Below, piece after piece: positions 47,380 through 57,259 of a stretch of DNA of 64,000 bases. A model generated the notes under the pieces. The model made no database searches, was not told where the DNA came from, and worked only from the letters and a program-made list of their open reading frames with translations. Every line of letters begins with the position of its first letter. Position 1 is the stretch's first letter. This stretch comes from an uncultured delta proteobacterium (lineage in GTDB: Bacteria; Myxococcota_A; Polyangia; Polyangiales; Polyangiaceae). The stretch is taken from the NCBI GenBank assembly GCA_963806225.1, contig CAWDXG010000004.1:5376001-5440000 (forward strand), read 5' to 3'. The translations under genes and the position numbers were made by a program.

Positions 47380-48465
47380 ATGGCTTTCCAGCCAACAGTG
47401 CGTCTGCTGCGCCGCCTGTTCACGATTGGCCTGTTCGTCTTCGTGCTGGCCGGCTTCCGCGGCGATCACCATCCCGGAGCGCAGGCAGCAGAGCGGGCCG
47501 TGCCCGGCGTCACGATGTCGCCCGACTCGCCGTGGAGCTCGCCTTCCGCGTGCGAGCGCGCGCTGGCGCTCCGTCACGACGCGTGGCGTCCCCGGGCGCG
47601 TATCGGCACGTGGAACGTGCGCTTCTATCCGGACGGTGCGCCATTCCTGAAGCGCGATCCGGAGCAGGCCACCGATATCCGCTGGCTGGCCTGCTCCATC
47701 GCCTGGATGGACGTGGACGTGCTGGCCGTGCAGGAATTCAAGAAGAACCAGCGCGCCGAGCGCGAGACGCGCAAGCTCCTGTCGCGTCTCGATCGGCTCA
47801 CCGGAGGAGCGTGGCGGCTATCGCTCGACGACTGTCCCAACGATGCCCTCAATCACGTCGGCTTCTTGTACGACGCGACACGCGTCGAGGCGCACGACTT
47901 CCGGCGCGTCGGTCGCTTCAACCCGAAGGGGGGCCCCTGCGACGCCGCCGAGGATCCGGGTTGGATGGGCGACTTCGACTTCGATAGCGGTCTCGAGCTA
48001 TCGCTGGTCGCCGTGCATATGGTTTCCGGCGATCGGCGCGAAGCCTACGACCTCCGGCGCAGGTCGTGGCCTGCCTTCAAGGACAGTCTCGCGCTGGCGC
48101 AGAACAGGCCGGTGCTGGTGGCCGGCGATCTGAACACCGCCGGGTGCCGCGACTGCAGTCCGGCGGTGAGCGCACGCTCCGAGATCCAGAGCCTGTCGGA
48201 CTGGCTGGCGGACAGGTCCTTCCAGCTGGTGCCGGCCGACGCGCGCTGCAGCGAGTACTGGGGTGACAGGCCCGTGCTGCTCGATCACTTCGCGATCGCG
48301 CAGCGCGGCGACCGCGTGCCCACTGCCGCGCGCGCCCGCGTGGCGGGCTTCTGCGGGGAGGTCGGGTGCGCCCGCTTCCCGCAGGGTGAGCTACCTACTG
48401 CCTTCCAGCACCTGAGCGATCACTGCCCGGTGCTGCTCGATATCGGCGGCACGCCCGCGATGTAG
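47380..48465 (+). CDS. Exported endonuclease/exonuclease/phosphatase family protein
   Basis: IGTWNV, DVLAVQE, VH, AGDLN, LDH, SDHCPV. Confidence 0.85.
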   Translation: MAFQPTVRLLRRLFTIGLFVFVLAGFRGDHHPGAQAAERAVPGVTMSPDSPWSSPSACERALALRHDAWRPRARIGTWNVRFYPDGAPFLKRDPEQATDIRWLACSIAWMDVDVLAVQEFKKNQRAERETRKLLSRLDRLTGGAWRLSLDDCPNDALNHVGFLYDATRVEAHDFRRVGRFNPKGGPCDAAEDPGWMGDFDFDSGLELSLVAVHMVSGDRREAYDLRRRSWPAFKDSLALAQNRPVLVAGDLNTAGCRDCSPAVSARSEIQSLSDWLADRSFQLVPADARCSEYWGDRPVLLDHFAIAQRGDRVPTAARARVAGFCGEVGCARFPQGELPTAFQHLSDHCPVLLDIGGTPAM

Positions 48466-48469
48466 CCGC

Positions 48470-49756
48470 TCAGGCGTGTGCCGAGTGGTGACGCCGCTGG
48501 CGCGCCTTCATCTCGGGGCTCTCGGCGACCGCCATGCCGATGAGGCGCGTGCTCTCCAGCAGGTGCTGTGCCGTGGTGCGCGTGAGCTCGGGCACGACGT
48601 TGCCCACGTCCGGGAAGCCCCTGCCCTCGGCGTCGGGCTGGGCGTGCTCCCAATTGGCGAAGAGCCGGCCCCAGTCGCTCTCCATGCACTCCCTGACGCG
48701 CGGGAAGCCGTAGCGCGGGTACCAGAACATGTCGTGGTAGGCGACGCTGGCGACGTACGCCCAGGGCGCGAGCCACGTCTTGAGCGACCACTCCACCGGC
48801 TTCTTCAGCGGCCCCCAGTAGATGCGGTGCTGGTTCCGCGACGCGAAAGTCATCTCCTTGAACGGCCCGTCGAAGTGCCAATTCTCCTTCGCCGCGTCCT
48901 CGTCGCCGACGATCTCGATCTCGCGCGGGTCGCCCACGCCCAGGCCCTGCTCGTGCGCCAGTCGCACGAATTTGCAGTCCTTCATCGGATCCATGCCCAT
49001 CAGCTTGGCCGCGACCGCGTCGATGGCGACCTGGTCATCCGACGCCAGGAGCACGTTCTTGATGTGCGGCACCATGCAGCGCGGTCCGGGGCCGTCGCCG
49101 GCGAACGTGCCGTCCATCACGGCGAACACGCCGCGGTGGATCTTCTTCTGGATCATCAGAAGGTCGACCAGCGTCTCGTGGATGACGGGGTGCGTCCAGT
49201 GACGATGCTCGTTCAGGAGTCCGCCGAAGGCGTTCTTCATCGCGCCGGTGGTCGTCGTGAAGATGTGCGTCTTCACCGTCGGCAGATGGATGATGTTCTC
49301 GCCGATGAAGCGCTTCGGGATGGAGAAGCCCTTCGGGTAGACCTCGTTCAGGCACAGGAATTTCTTGGTGAGGTCGCCGACGGCATCGCGGATGTCGATC
49401 CACTCCTCGCCCTCGTACAGATGCACGTTGCGGATGCCGTGCGCCTGCACCACGTCGAGCTGCTTGTTCTCGCGCTCGCCCAGGTGCGCGTCGATGACCA
49501 CGGTGCGGTTGTGGCAGGCGTGGATCAGGTCCTTTTCGTACCCGTCCTTCTCCATGGCGCGCAGCACGCCGTCGAGCTGCCAGGGCGTCGTGCTCGAGCC
49601 CGGGTAGAAGAAGTGCCAGGAGATGTTGACCTTGAGGCCGGTGTCGGCGTCCTTGGCCACCACGTCCTGGTAGCCCGCCAGGTTCATCACGCGGTGGTAG
49701 TCCTCGAGCACGGTGGCGGGCGAGGTGCGGACGATGGCGACTTTCGAGCGGGTCAT
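48470..49756 (-). CDS. DUF362 (Fe-S cluster-binding) protein
   Basis: LKVN, LPTVKTH....TGAMKN.FG, MDG..AGDGPGP, D.VA.D. Confidence 0.8.
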   Translation of the reverse strand: MTRSKVAIVRTSPATVLEDYHRVMNLAGYQDVVAKDADTGLKVNISWHFFYPGSSTTPWQLDGVLRAMEKDGYEKDLIHACHNRTVVIDAHLGERENKQLDVVQAHGIRNVHLYEGEEWIDIRDAVGDLTKKFLCLNEVYPKGFSIPKRFIGENIIHLPTVKTHIFTTTTGAMKNAFGGLLNEHRHWTHPVIHETLVDLLMIQKKIHRGVFAVMDGTFAGDGPGPRCMVPHIKNVLLASDDQVAIDAVAAKLMGMDPMKDCKFVRLAHEQGLGVGDPREIEIVGDEDAAKENWHFDGPFKEMTFASRNQHRIYWGPLKKPVEWSLKTWLAPWAYVASVAYHDMFWYPRYGFPRVRECMESDWGRLFANWEHAQPDAEGRGFPDVGNVVPELTRTTAQHLLESTRLIGMAVAESPEMKARQRRHHSAHA

Positions 49757-49966
49757 TTCGGGGCTCCTTGAGTACGGAAGCGAACGAAGCAGGGCCGCCA
49801 CGCCTTTGTCATCGTGAGGCCCCGCTCGCAAGTCTGTCGCGATTTCTCCGCGGGATCAGCTATTTCGACCTTCTGCGCACAACCTCCATCGGCTCTGCAC
49901 ACGCCCTGCGCGGACCACGGCGCCGGGCCGGCGGCCGGGACAATTCGCGCTAGCCTCCCGGCTCGC

Positions 49967-50722
49967 ATGAAACCCACGCTTCGTGAATGGCTCACCGAAC
50001 GGCCTTTCTCCCTGGGCATGTCCGCGGGGTTCTTCGGTTTCTTCGCGCACACCGGGGTGATGACGGTGCTGGAGGACGCGGGCCTGCTTCCGGACCGCGT
50101 CAGCGGCGCCAGCGCCGGAGCCCTGGTGGGCGGCCTGTGGGCGGCCGGCCTGGACGCGGTCACGCTGCGCGACGAGCTGGTCCAGCTGCGCCGGGAGGAC
50201 TTCTGGGATCCGCAGCCAGGCTTCGGCCTGCTTCGGGGACGCTTGTTCCGGGAGCGGCTGGAGCGGTTGCTGCCCGTGAGTCAGTTCCATCAGGCGAGGA
50301 CGCCGGTTGCGGTCAGCGTGTTCGACGTGTTGTCGCGCCGCACGCGCGCCATCGACGCCGGAGCGCTGGCGCCCGCGATCCAGGCGTCGTGCACGCTGCC
50401 CGGGCTGTTCCACCCGACGTGGCACGAAGGCCGCCCGCTACTTGACGGCGGGATCCTCGATCGCGCCGGCCTGACGGGGATGCCCGCCGGAGAGCGCGTG
50501 CTGCACCATCACCTCGGGTCGCGCTCGCCCTGGCGCCGGAAGAACAGCGCCGCCCTGGATGCTCCGTCGCGGCCCGGACTCACCGCGCTCGTGATCGATG
50601 GGCTTCCGCGCGTCGGCCCGTTTCGCCTCGAGCAGGGCATCAAGGCCTTCGACGCCGCGCGGCGCGCGGCACAGGTAGCGCTAGGACGACCGGCGGACGG
50701 CGTCGTCGCGCTGACCGCCTAG
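49967..50722 (+). CDS. Patatin-like phospholipase
   Basis: [10 protein letters not shown] oxyanion region, GASAG nucleophile, ASC..P.LF.P, DGG. Confidence 0.85.
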   Translation: MKPTLREWLTERPFSLGMSAGFFGFFAHTGVMTVLEDAGLLPDRVSGASAGALVGGLWAAGLDAVTLRDELVQLRREDFWDPQPGFGLLRGRLFRERLERLLPVSQFHQARTPVAVSVFDVLSRRTRAIDAGALAPAIQASCTLPGLFHPTWHEGRPLLDGGILDRAGLTGMPAGERVLHHHLGSRSPWRRKNSAALDAPSRPGLTALVIDGLPRVGPFRLEQGIKAFDAARRAAQVALGRPADGVVALTA

Positions 50723-50870
50723 TCCTGCCCGCTCGTGTTGCCTGGGCAAGAAGCAGCGACGGAAGCGGCGCTCGTTCGGCGCTGCGTTCAAGGCAGAGGC
50801 AGTGCCGCGGGCTTTGGACCGGGGGTACGCCCGGAATGCCAATGCAGCCAGGCGGCGTTCCCGGATCGGC

Positions 50871-52478
50871 ATGATCGCTCCGCGTCGCCTCGCCCTGCTG
50901 GTCCCGCTGCTGCTCGCGGCGTGTCACGACCGGGGCGACAGGGTGAAGCACTCGCCTGCGCCTGCGCCCATCGCTTCCCGTGCCGACGCGCAGCTTCACG
51001 CCTGCCGCGAGCGCATCGCGGACGTGGAGTCGGAGGCCGCGCTGCCCGGAGCTCCGGCGTTCGAAGGGAGGCGCGCGGAGATCCTCGGTCGCGCGCGCGG
51101 CGAGCCGCTCCTGTTCGTGCGCGCGCCGAGCGCGACTGCGGACAGCGCGCTGCCGGCGGCGGCCCGGAAGGCGCGGCGCGGGCTCGCGCGGCTTTCGGCA
51201 TGGCGGCGCGTCAGGGCTCTCCGCGCACGCTTCCGCGGGCAGCCGCGCGTGCTCCGCGCGCTCGTACTCCGGCAGGGCTATCTGTACTCGTCCGACCCGA
51301 TCGAGGCGCTGGCGCTGGTTACGCTGATGCATATTCCGGATCTGTTCGCCGCGCCGGACATCGTGCTCGAGCGCGGCTCGCACGTGTATGCGCTGCATCG
51401 CGCCGGCGGGCGGCATCCGGCGTACCGGTTCAGCGACGGACGCGACGCGCGGCTGCTGTTCGGCGATCGGCTGGCGCTGACCCGCGATGCACTGGGGCCC
51501 ACGCTGCACCGCGATCTGCGCGCGCTGGCGCACCACACGGGTTTCGACCGCGCGCGCGTCGAGCACATCGCGGCGGGTGCGCTGGTCGCGCGGCTCCGCT
51601 TCGGTACCCGCTGGGTGCGCGCGCTGCTCGTGTCCGACGGTGCACGGCTGTCGCTTTCGTGTCTCGACGCGACGGCATCGGAGCGCCGGAGCGTGCAGCG
51701 CTGGCAGCACGCGGACGCGCCGCGGCGCAGGGCGCTGGCCCGCCTGCGCGCGCAGGTGACCGAAGAGATCGCCGAGCGGCTGCCCTTCGACCGGCCGCAC
51801 GGCGAGGAGACGGAGGACGAGGACGGACAGCTTCGACCCGCGTGGCGCTGGGCGTACCGCACCGGACAGCGCGTGTTCCGTTATGACGACAGGAGCTACC
51901 CCGTGTACGACGTGCACGGGCGACCACATCCACCGCAGGTGTGCGTGGAGTTCGTGCTCGACAGCTACGAGCGTGCGGCGGGGACGTGGTTTGCGGCGCT
52001 CGGGCGCGGGCATGGGCGCATCGAGGGGCGCCTCGACTTCAAGGCGTTCGGCATCGAGAACCGCAGCGGAGTGCTGGCGTTCGAGCGCTTTGCCGAGGAC
52101 CACCCCGAGCTGTTCGCGCAGCGCCGCTTTCGCGGCGACGAGCGCATCGAGTTCCGCGAGCGGCGGCGCTTCTTCGCGTGGCTTGTCGCCCATGCCGATC
52201 TGTTCAAGCCCGGCGACATCGTGGCGATCCGCGGCCTGAAAGCCGACGGGCGCATCCACCAGCACGCACTCTTGATCGAGGATACCGATCCCGAAACCGG
52301 TTTCCCCGATGCGCTCGCTGACCAGATGAGCGTTCCGCGCCGCCGCACCTGGGAGAACATCATGGGCCCCGCGCCGCGGCGCAGCCTCTACTACCGCGTG
52401 CGACCGAGCGCGGCGCTGCTCGACGCGCTGGCCGGCGACGCGCTGCCGGACACGCGACCGGTCGCCGCCGACCGCTGA
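50871..52478 (+). CDS. Hypothetical Arg-rich lipoprotein, possible C-terminal papain-like (NlpC/P60-like) domain
   Basis: Lipobox LAAC; QVCVEFV ... PGDIV ... HQH. Confidence 0.65.
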   Translation: MIAPRRLALLVPLLLAACHDRGDRVKHSPAPAPIASRADAQLHACRERIADVESEAALPGAPAFEGRRAEILGRARGEPLLFVRAPSATADSALPAAARKARRGLARLSAWRRVRALRARFRGQPRVLRALVLRQGYLYSSDPIEALALVTLMHIPDLFAAPDIVLERGSHVYALHRAGGRHPAYRFSDGRDARLLFGDRLALTRDALGPTLHRDLRALAHHTGFDRARVEHIAAGALVARLRFGTRWVRALLVSDGARLSLSCLDATASERRSVQRWQHADAPRRRALARLRAQVTEEIAERLPFDRPHGEETEDEDGQLRPAWRWAYRTGQRVFRYDDRSYPVYDVHGRPHPPQVCVEFVLDSYERAAGTWFAALGRGHGRIEGRLDFKAFGIENRSGVLAFERFAEDHPELFAQRRFRGDERIEFRERRRFFAWLVAHADLFKPGDIVAIRGLKADGRIHQHALLIEDTDPETGFPDALADQMSVPRRRTWENIMGPAPRRSLYYRVRPSAALLDALAGDALPDTRPVAADR

Positions 52479-52496
52479 AGTGATATAGACCCCCGC

Positions 52497-53285
52497 GTGC
52501 AGGACGCGGCGGACATCCACTGGCTGGATCTCGGCGACCACCGGCTCGAAGCGCGCTGGTACGGCGCCGGCGAAGGCCCCGTGCTGGTGTTCCTGCACGA
52601 AGGGCTCGGCTGCCTCGATCACTGGCGCGATTTCCCCGCGGCGCTGGCGCAGGCGACGGGGCTCCGCGGGCTGGTCTACAGCCGCCGTGGCTACGGGCGT
52701 TCCGACGCCTGCGAGCTGCCGCGCCCGCTCGACTACATGCAACAGCACGGCGAGCGCGTTCTGCCGCGCGTGCTTTCCGCCGCGGGGGTCGAGCAGTCGA
52801 TCCTCGTCGGCCACTCGGACGGGGCGTCCATCGCGATCGTCTACGCCGGGAGCGCGCCGCGGCCCGGCCTGCGTGGCCTGGTGCTCGAAGCGCCGCATGT
52901 CTTCACCGAGCCATCGGGGCTGGAGGCCATCGAGCGCGCGCGCGAGGCGTTCGACCACGGGGATCTCCGCAGACGGCTAATGCGCTATCACGGCAAGAAC
53001 GTCGATTGCGCTTTCCGTGGCTGGAACGAGGCCTGGCTCGACCCCGGTTTCAAGGCCTGGAACATCGAGTCGTACCTGCCCGGCATCCGCGTGCCCGTGC
53101 TCGTTGTGCAGGGCCTCGACGATCCCTACGGCACCATGAAGCAGGTCGACGCCATCGCGCACCAGTCCGGCGCGCCCGTTGCCGCGGAACTCATTCCCGA
53201 GTGCGCCCACTCCCCCCACCGCGAGCAACGCGACGAGACCCTCGCCGTCATGTCGGGGTTCATCCGCGGATTGCTCGAGGGGTAG
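52497..53285 (+). CDS. Alpha/beta hydrolase
   Basis: FLHEGLG, GHSDG nucleophile, QG.DD.YG, HSPH. Confidence 0.9.
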   Translation: MQDAADIHWLDLGDHRLEARWYGAGEGPVLVFLHEGLGCLDHWRDFPAALAQATGLRGLVYSRRGYGRSDACELPRPLDYMQQHGERVLPRVLSAAGVEQSILVGHSDGASIAIVYAGSAPRPGLRGLVLEAPHVFTEPSGLEAIERAREAFDHGDLRRRLMRYHGKNVDCAFRGWNEAWLDPGFKAWNIESYLPGIRVPVLVVQGLDDPYGTMKQVDAIAHQSGAPVAAELIPECAHSPHREQRDETLAVMSGFIRGLLEG

Positions 53286-53368
53286 GGCAGGTCCTGGCAG
53301 CCGCTCCACGTCAGACGCAGGAAGACACGCACGCTGCGTCCCGCGCCTGGCAATGACATCGGTCAGGG

Positions 53369-53509
53369 GTGGCGATCTGTCGCACGGCACACGCGTGCAC
53401 ATCGCGGTTTGCCGTGCGTAAACGCGATCCGCGTCGCACGCGGTTGCGTTGTAACCGTGCGACCGATTGTCGCGGCTCGTGCGCGTCGGTCGCTGCGACA
53501 AACAACCGC
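53369..53509. promoter_or_regulatory. Cluster of RegA/PrrA-type boxes (GCGNC-N5-GNCGC)
   Basis: GCGAC-CGATT-GTCGC at 53459-53473 (full match); GTGGC-GATCT-GTCGC at 53369-53383 and GCGAC-AAACA-ACCGC at 53495-53509 (one mismatch each). Confidence 0.55.
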
Positions 53510-53571
53510 ATGCCTCGTTCGATGTCCGCGGCGTATGTGCTGGCGCGTTGACTCGGTGCACAGGAGGAGAG

Positions 53572-53985
53572 ATGCCCATCTGTCGATTCGCTACACATGC
53601 CGCGGCGCTGCTCGTGTTGGCAGCGACCGCGTGCGGAGCCGGCGCCACTCCGGAATCCTCGAACGCGATCCCTTCGCAGTCGGGCGCGTACTTGGCGCAC
53701 TACACCCTCGACCCTGACCCGCCGGTGACCGGCGAGAACAAGCTCGCGCTGAGTATCGCGAAGGCGGGAGGCGCAGCGGTTCCCGGCGCAGAGCTCGTCG
53801 TCACGCCCTGGATGCCCACCATGGGCCACGGCACGCCCGTCACGCCGACGGTCGAGACCCTCGGTGGCGGTGACTATCGCGTCAGCCACCTGGACTACAC
53901 GATGCCGGGCAGCTGGGAAGTGCGCATCGAGCTGACCGACGGTGCCGTGACGGATCAGTTCGCGCTGGATCTCGATGTGCACTAG
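53572..53985 (+). CDS. YtkA-like / FixH-family lipoprotein
   Basis: AGGAGG RBS; lipobox ATAC; WMPTMGHG and MPGSW motifs. Confidence 0.8.
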   Translation: MPICRFATHAAALLVLAATACGAGATPESSNAIPSQSGAYLAHYTLDPDPPVTGENKLALSIAKAGGAAVPGAELVVTPWMPTMGHGTPVTPTVETLGGGDYRVSHLDYTMPGSWEVRIELTDGAVTDQFALDLDVH

Positions 53986-54964
53986 CCGCTCCCGCTCGTG
54001 GGGGAGGCGTCTGGTCGTCGCGTCCGCGCTTTGGCTGGTGTTGCTGCTATCGCCGCGGACGGGCCGCGCGCAGGCGTGCTGCACCGCAACCGGCTCGAGC
54101 GGCTTCGGCGTGGTCGGGCGCTGCTATTTTGCCGTTCTCGCCACGCAGCTCTCGTACGAGCGGGGGTACGGGACGTTCGATTCCAGAGGACGCTTTTCCC
54201 GCCTCCGGAACGCCGAGGTCGACGACTTTGTCGTCGCGCTCGGCGGGGGCGTGCGGCTCGGAACGCCGGCACTCCAGCTCCACGGAAGCATCCCGCTGCG
54301 CATGCAGTACCGCGATCTCCACGGCCTGCCCGCTGCCAGCGCGGTCGGCTTCGGCGACGCGTCCCTGATGCTGCGTGCGATGGCAGTCGAGGACCGCATG
54401 ACGGGACTCGACGTGTCCAGGCCGGCGAGCTTGCTCCCGTTCGTCGAGCCGTTCGCTGGGGTGCGCATGCCGACCGGGCGCGCGCCCCGGTATTCCACCG
54501 AACCGACCGGCGTCGACGCAATGGGCGACGGCGCATGGACGGCCATCGGGGGCGTCGCGCTGACGAAGTTCATCACGCTGCAGACCGCCGCGACCTTGAC
54601 CGCGTCGTACGGACGCCGGTTCCCGCACCGCGTCCGCCGGGGAACCGGTTCTGCCGTCTACTCGCCCGGGGACGAGATCAGTGCCCGGTTCGGTCTGGTG
54701 CGGGTGTTCGATCTGTTCTGGTCGGGCAGCCTCTTTGTCAGCGGGATCTTCACGCGACCTGTGGCCATCGACGGTCACCGCATTGCGGCGAGCAGTACCC
54801 GGCGGATCCGCGTCGGTGCCGGCGTCCAACGCTACATCGTGTTCCCCACGTGGGAGGTCGGCGTCTCCGCTTCAGTGGATCCGCCGATCGACGGCTTCGC
54901 CCAGAACATCCCCTTCCCGGGCTCCACTGTCTCGCTGCTCCTGCAGCGCAACTTCACCTGGTAG
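53975..54964 (+). CDS. Putative outer-membrane beta-barrel transporter (MetA-pathway/phenol-degradation-like)
   Basis: Signal peptide ending AQA-CC; GFGDASL, MPTG; alternating beta strands; C-terminal aromatic residue. Confidence 0.6.
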   Translation: MCTSRSRSWGRRLVVASALWLVLLLSPRTGRAQACCTATGSSGFGVVGRCYFAVLATQLSYERGYGTFDSRGRFSRLRNAEVDDFVVALGGGVRLGTPALQLHGSIPLRMQYRDLHGLPAASAVGFGDASLMLRAMAVEDRMTGLDVSRPASLLPFVEPFAGVRMPTGRAPRYSTEPTGVDAMGDGAWTAIGGVALTKFITLQTAATLTASYGRRFPHRVRRGTGSAVYSPGDEISARFGLVRVFDLFWSGSLFVSGIFTRPVAIDGHRIAASSTRRIRVGAGVQRYIVFPTWEVGVSASVDPPIDGFAQNIPFPGSTVSLLLQRNFTW

Positions 54965-54969
54965 GGGAA

Positions 54970-55326
54970 ATGACTCGAATCCCTCTGCTTCTGTTCGCCG
55001 GCGCGCTCGTCGCGTGCGCGCCGCCCATGCGGCCACCACCTCCCGACGACGCGCTGATCGCAGCGCGCTACGCAGAGCCCCGAGGAGCGAAGGTGTTCAA
55101 TCTCCGCTGCGCCTCATGCCATGGCGAGCGCGGGAACGCTCCCGGGGCGCCGGCAGTCATGGGCCCCGGCACCCTCCGGGGCTTCGCCGATACTGCGTCC
55201 CTGTGCGAGTACATCGCCTCGAGCATGCCGCCCGGACACGAACGGCTCGACGCCCGCGACGCTCGCGACACCTGCGACTACGTTGCGCGGGTGGGGCGCC
55301 TCGCGCCGACGGGGCGCGACCGGTAG
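54970..55326 (+). CDS. Monoheme c-type cytochrome lipoprotein
   Basis: Lipobox LVAC; CASCH; YI..SMP distal ligand. Confidence 0.8.
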   Translation: MTRIPLLLFAGALVACAPPMRPPPPDDALIAARYAEPRGAKVFNLRCASCHGERGNAPGAPAVMGPGTLRGFADTASLCEYIASSMPPGHERLDARDARDTCDYVARVGRLAPTGRDR

Positions 55327-55385
55327 TCGTGCTCGCTCCTCCGCCGGTGCTGTCCGGGTCCGCGGGGCCGGTGTACACCTCGGGC

Positions 55386-56651
55386 GTGCCCCACGCCCCC
55401 GCCGCACCCGCCCGGTCTGCCGACCCCGAGGTCCATCGACTGAATCTGGTCTGGCTGGTGCGGCTGCGCTGGGCGAGCATCGTCGGACAGTCGCTGACGG
55501 TGCTGGGCGTGCAGTACGTCATGCACATTCCCGTGCCGCTCGGGCCCCTGTTCGGGCTGATCCTGCTCGAGGCAGCGACCAATCTGGCTGCAGCCCTGTG
55601 GGTCAGGCGCCGGGAGCGGTGTGGCGAAGCACCCGTCGCCGCGCTCATTACCTTCGATCTGCTGCTGTTCACCGGGCTCCTGTACTTCACCGGCGGGCCG
55701 ACGAATCCGTTCAGCTCGCTCTACCTGGTCCACATCGCGCTCGCCACGCTGGTGCTGCGCCCGCGCCTGACGTGGGCCCTGGTCGGGCTGACGCTGCTCT
55801 GCTCCGCGGGGCTGTTCGTCGCGTACGTTCCGCTTCCGATGGGCGCCCATGCGGCGACGGGCCAGTTCGGGACGCATCTGAGGGGCATGTGGGTTGCGCT
55901 CGGCATTGCTGCCAGCTTCATTGTCTACTTCCTGAGCCGCGTCGTGCGCTCGCTGGCCGTGCGCGACGCGGCCCTGGAGCGCGCCAGGGAGAGCGCGCAG
56001 CGTCACCAGCAGATGGCCGCGCTCGCAACGCTGGCCGCAGGCGCAGCCCATGAGCTCGCGCAGCCCCTGTCGACCATTGCGGTCGTCGCCAAGGAGCTCG
56101 AACGGAGCCTGGAGGGCGCGGAAGACGGACACGTCGACGACGCCCGTCTGATCCGCACCGAGGTTGCCCGCTGCAACGACATCCTCGGCGAGCTGGCCGC
56201 GGGCACCGGCCAGCCACGCGGCGAAGGCGGCGCGCCATCGAGCCTCCCGGACATCGTGAGCGCGGCGCTCGAAGGACTCAGGGACGCCGAGCGGGTGGCC
56301 ATCGACGTAGAAGAGGCGTCGCTAGTCCTGCCCGCACGGCTGCTAGGGCGCGCTCTCCGCAGCGTGGTGGCGAACGCGCTCGACGCCACGGCGGACGGCG
56401 GGAAGGTCGAGCTCCGCGCGCGCGTCGTGGAAGGTCGCCTGCGGATCGAGATCCACGACGACGGCACCGGCATGTCCGGAGAAGCGCTGCGCCGCGCGAC
56501 CGAACCGTTCTTCACGACGAAACCCACGGGCAAGGGCATGGGTCTCGGGCTGTTTCTCGCTTCCAGCATCGTCGACCAGCTGGGCGGAGAGCTACGGCTC
56601 GCTTCGCAGCCCGGGAGTGGTACGACCGTGACCTTGGAGCTCTCGTTGTGA
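55386..56651 (+). CDS. regB: RegB/PrrB-family redox-sensing histidine kinase
   Basis: L..LRW, GGPTNPF quinone-binding motif, AAAHEL..PL H-box, conserved ARC Cys, EPFFTTK..GKGMGLGL. Confidence 0.85.
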   Translation: MPHAPAAPARSADPEVHRLNLVWLVRLRWASIVGQSLTVLGVQYVMHIPVPLGPLFGLILLEAATNLAAALWVRRRERCGEAPVAALITFDLLLFTGLLYFTGGPTNPFSSLYLVHIALATLVLRPRLTWALVGLTLLCSAGLFVAYVPLPMGAHAATGQFGTHLRGMWVALGIAASFIVYFLSRVVRSLAVRDAALERARESAQRHQQMAALATLAAGAAHELAQPLSTIAVVAKELERSLEGAEDGHVDDARLIRTEVARCNDILGELAAGTGQPRGEGGAPSSLPDIVSAALEGLRDAERVAIDVEEASLVLPARLLGRALRSVVANALDATADGGKVELRARVVEGRLRIEIHDDGTGMSGEALRRATEPFFTTKPTGKGMGLGLFLASSIVDQLGGELRLASQPGSGTTVTLELSL

Positions 56652-57196
56652 CCGAGGATGTTGCAGCACAGTCGATCCTGATTGTCGACGACGACGACGT
56701 GTTGCGTCCTACGCTCGTACGCGCGTTCTCCCGGCGCGGCTTCGAGGCAGCGGGCGCGCAGAGCTTCGAGGAAGCGATCGCCGCGGCAGAACGGGAGCCG
56801 CCAGAGCTCTGCGTCGTCGACCTCAGGATGCCCGGAAAAGGCGGCCTGGAGCTCATCCAGGAGCTCAAACGAATCGAGCCGCAGATGCAGATCGTCGTGC
56901 TGAGCGGGTACGGGAGCATCGCGACAGCTATCGATGCGCTGCGGCTCGGCGCGACGTACTTCCTGCCCAAGCCTGCGGACGTGGACGACATCCTTTCCGC
57001 GTTTGCGCGCGGGAACGCGCCGCCTTCAACCGAGCTCGACACCGCGCGCGCGCCCTCGCTGGCGCGCACCGAATGGGAGCACATTCAGCGCGTGCTTGCC
57101 GACTGCGGCGGAAATGTGAGCGAAGCGGCGCGACGGCTGGGGATCCACCGGCGGTCGTTGCAGCGCAAGCTGCAGAAGCGGCCGCCGAGCGAGTGA
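56648..57196 (+). CDS. regA: RegA/PrrA-family response regulator
   Basis: GYGSIATA, KPAD.D, EWEHIQRVL..C.GNVSEAARRLGIHRRSLQRKL. Confidence 0.9.
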   Translation: MTEDVAAQSILIVDDDDVLRPTLVRAFSRRGFEAAGAQSFEEAIAAAEREPPELCVVDLRMPGKGGLELIQELKRIEPQMQIVVLSGYGSIATAIDALRLGATYFLPKPADVDDILSAFARGNAPPSTELDTARAPSLARTEWEHIQRVLADCGGNVSEAARRLGIHRRSLQRKLQKRPPSE

Positions 57197-57259
57197 CCGT
57201 CGTGGTTGTGCAAGCGACGCGCGGGCCCGAGGGGCCGAGCGTCGCGAGGGTGGGCACCG

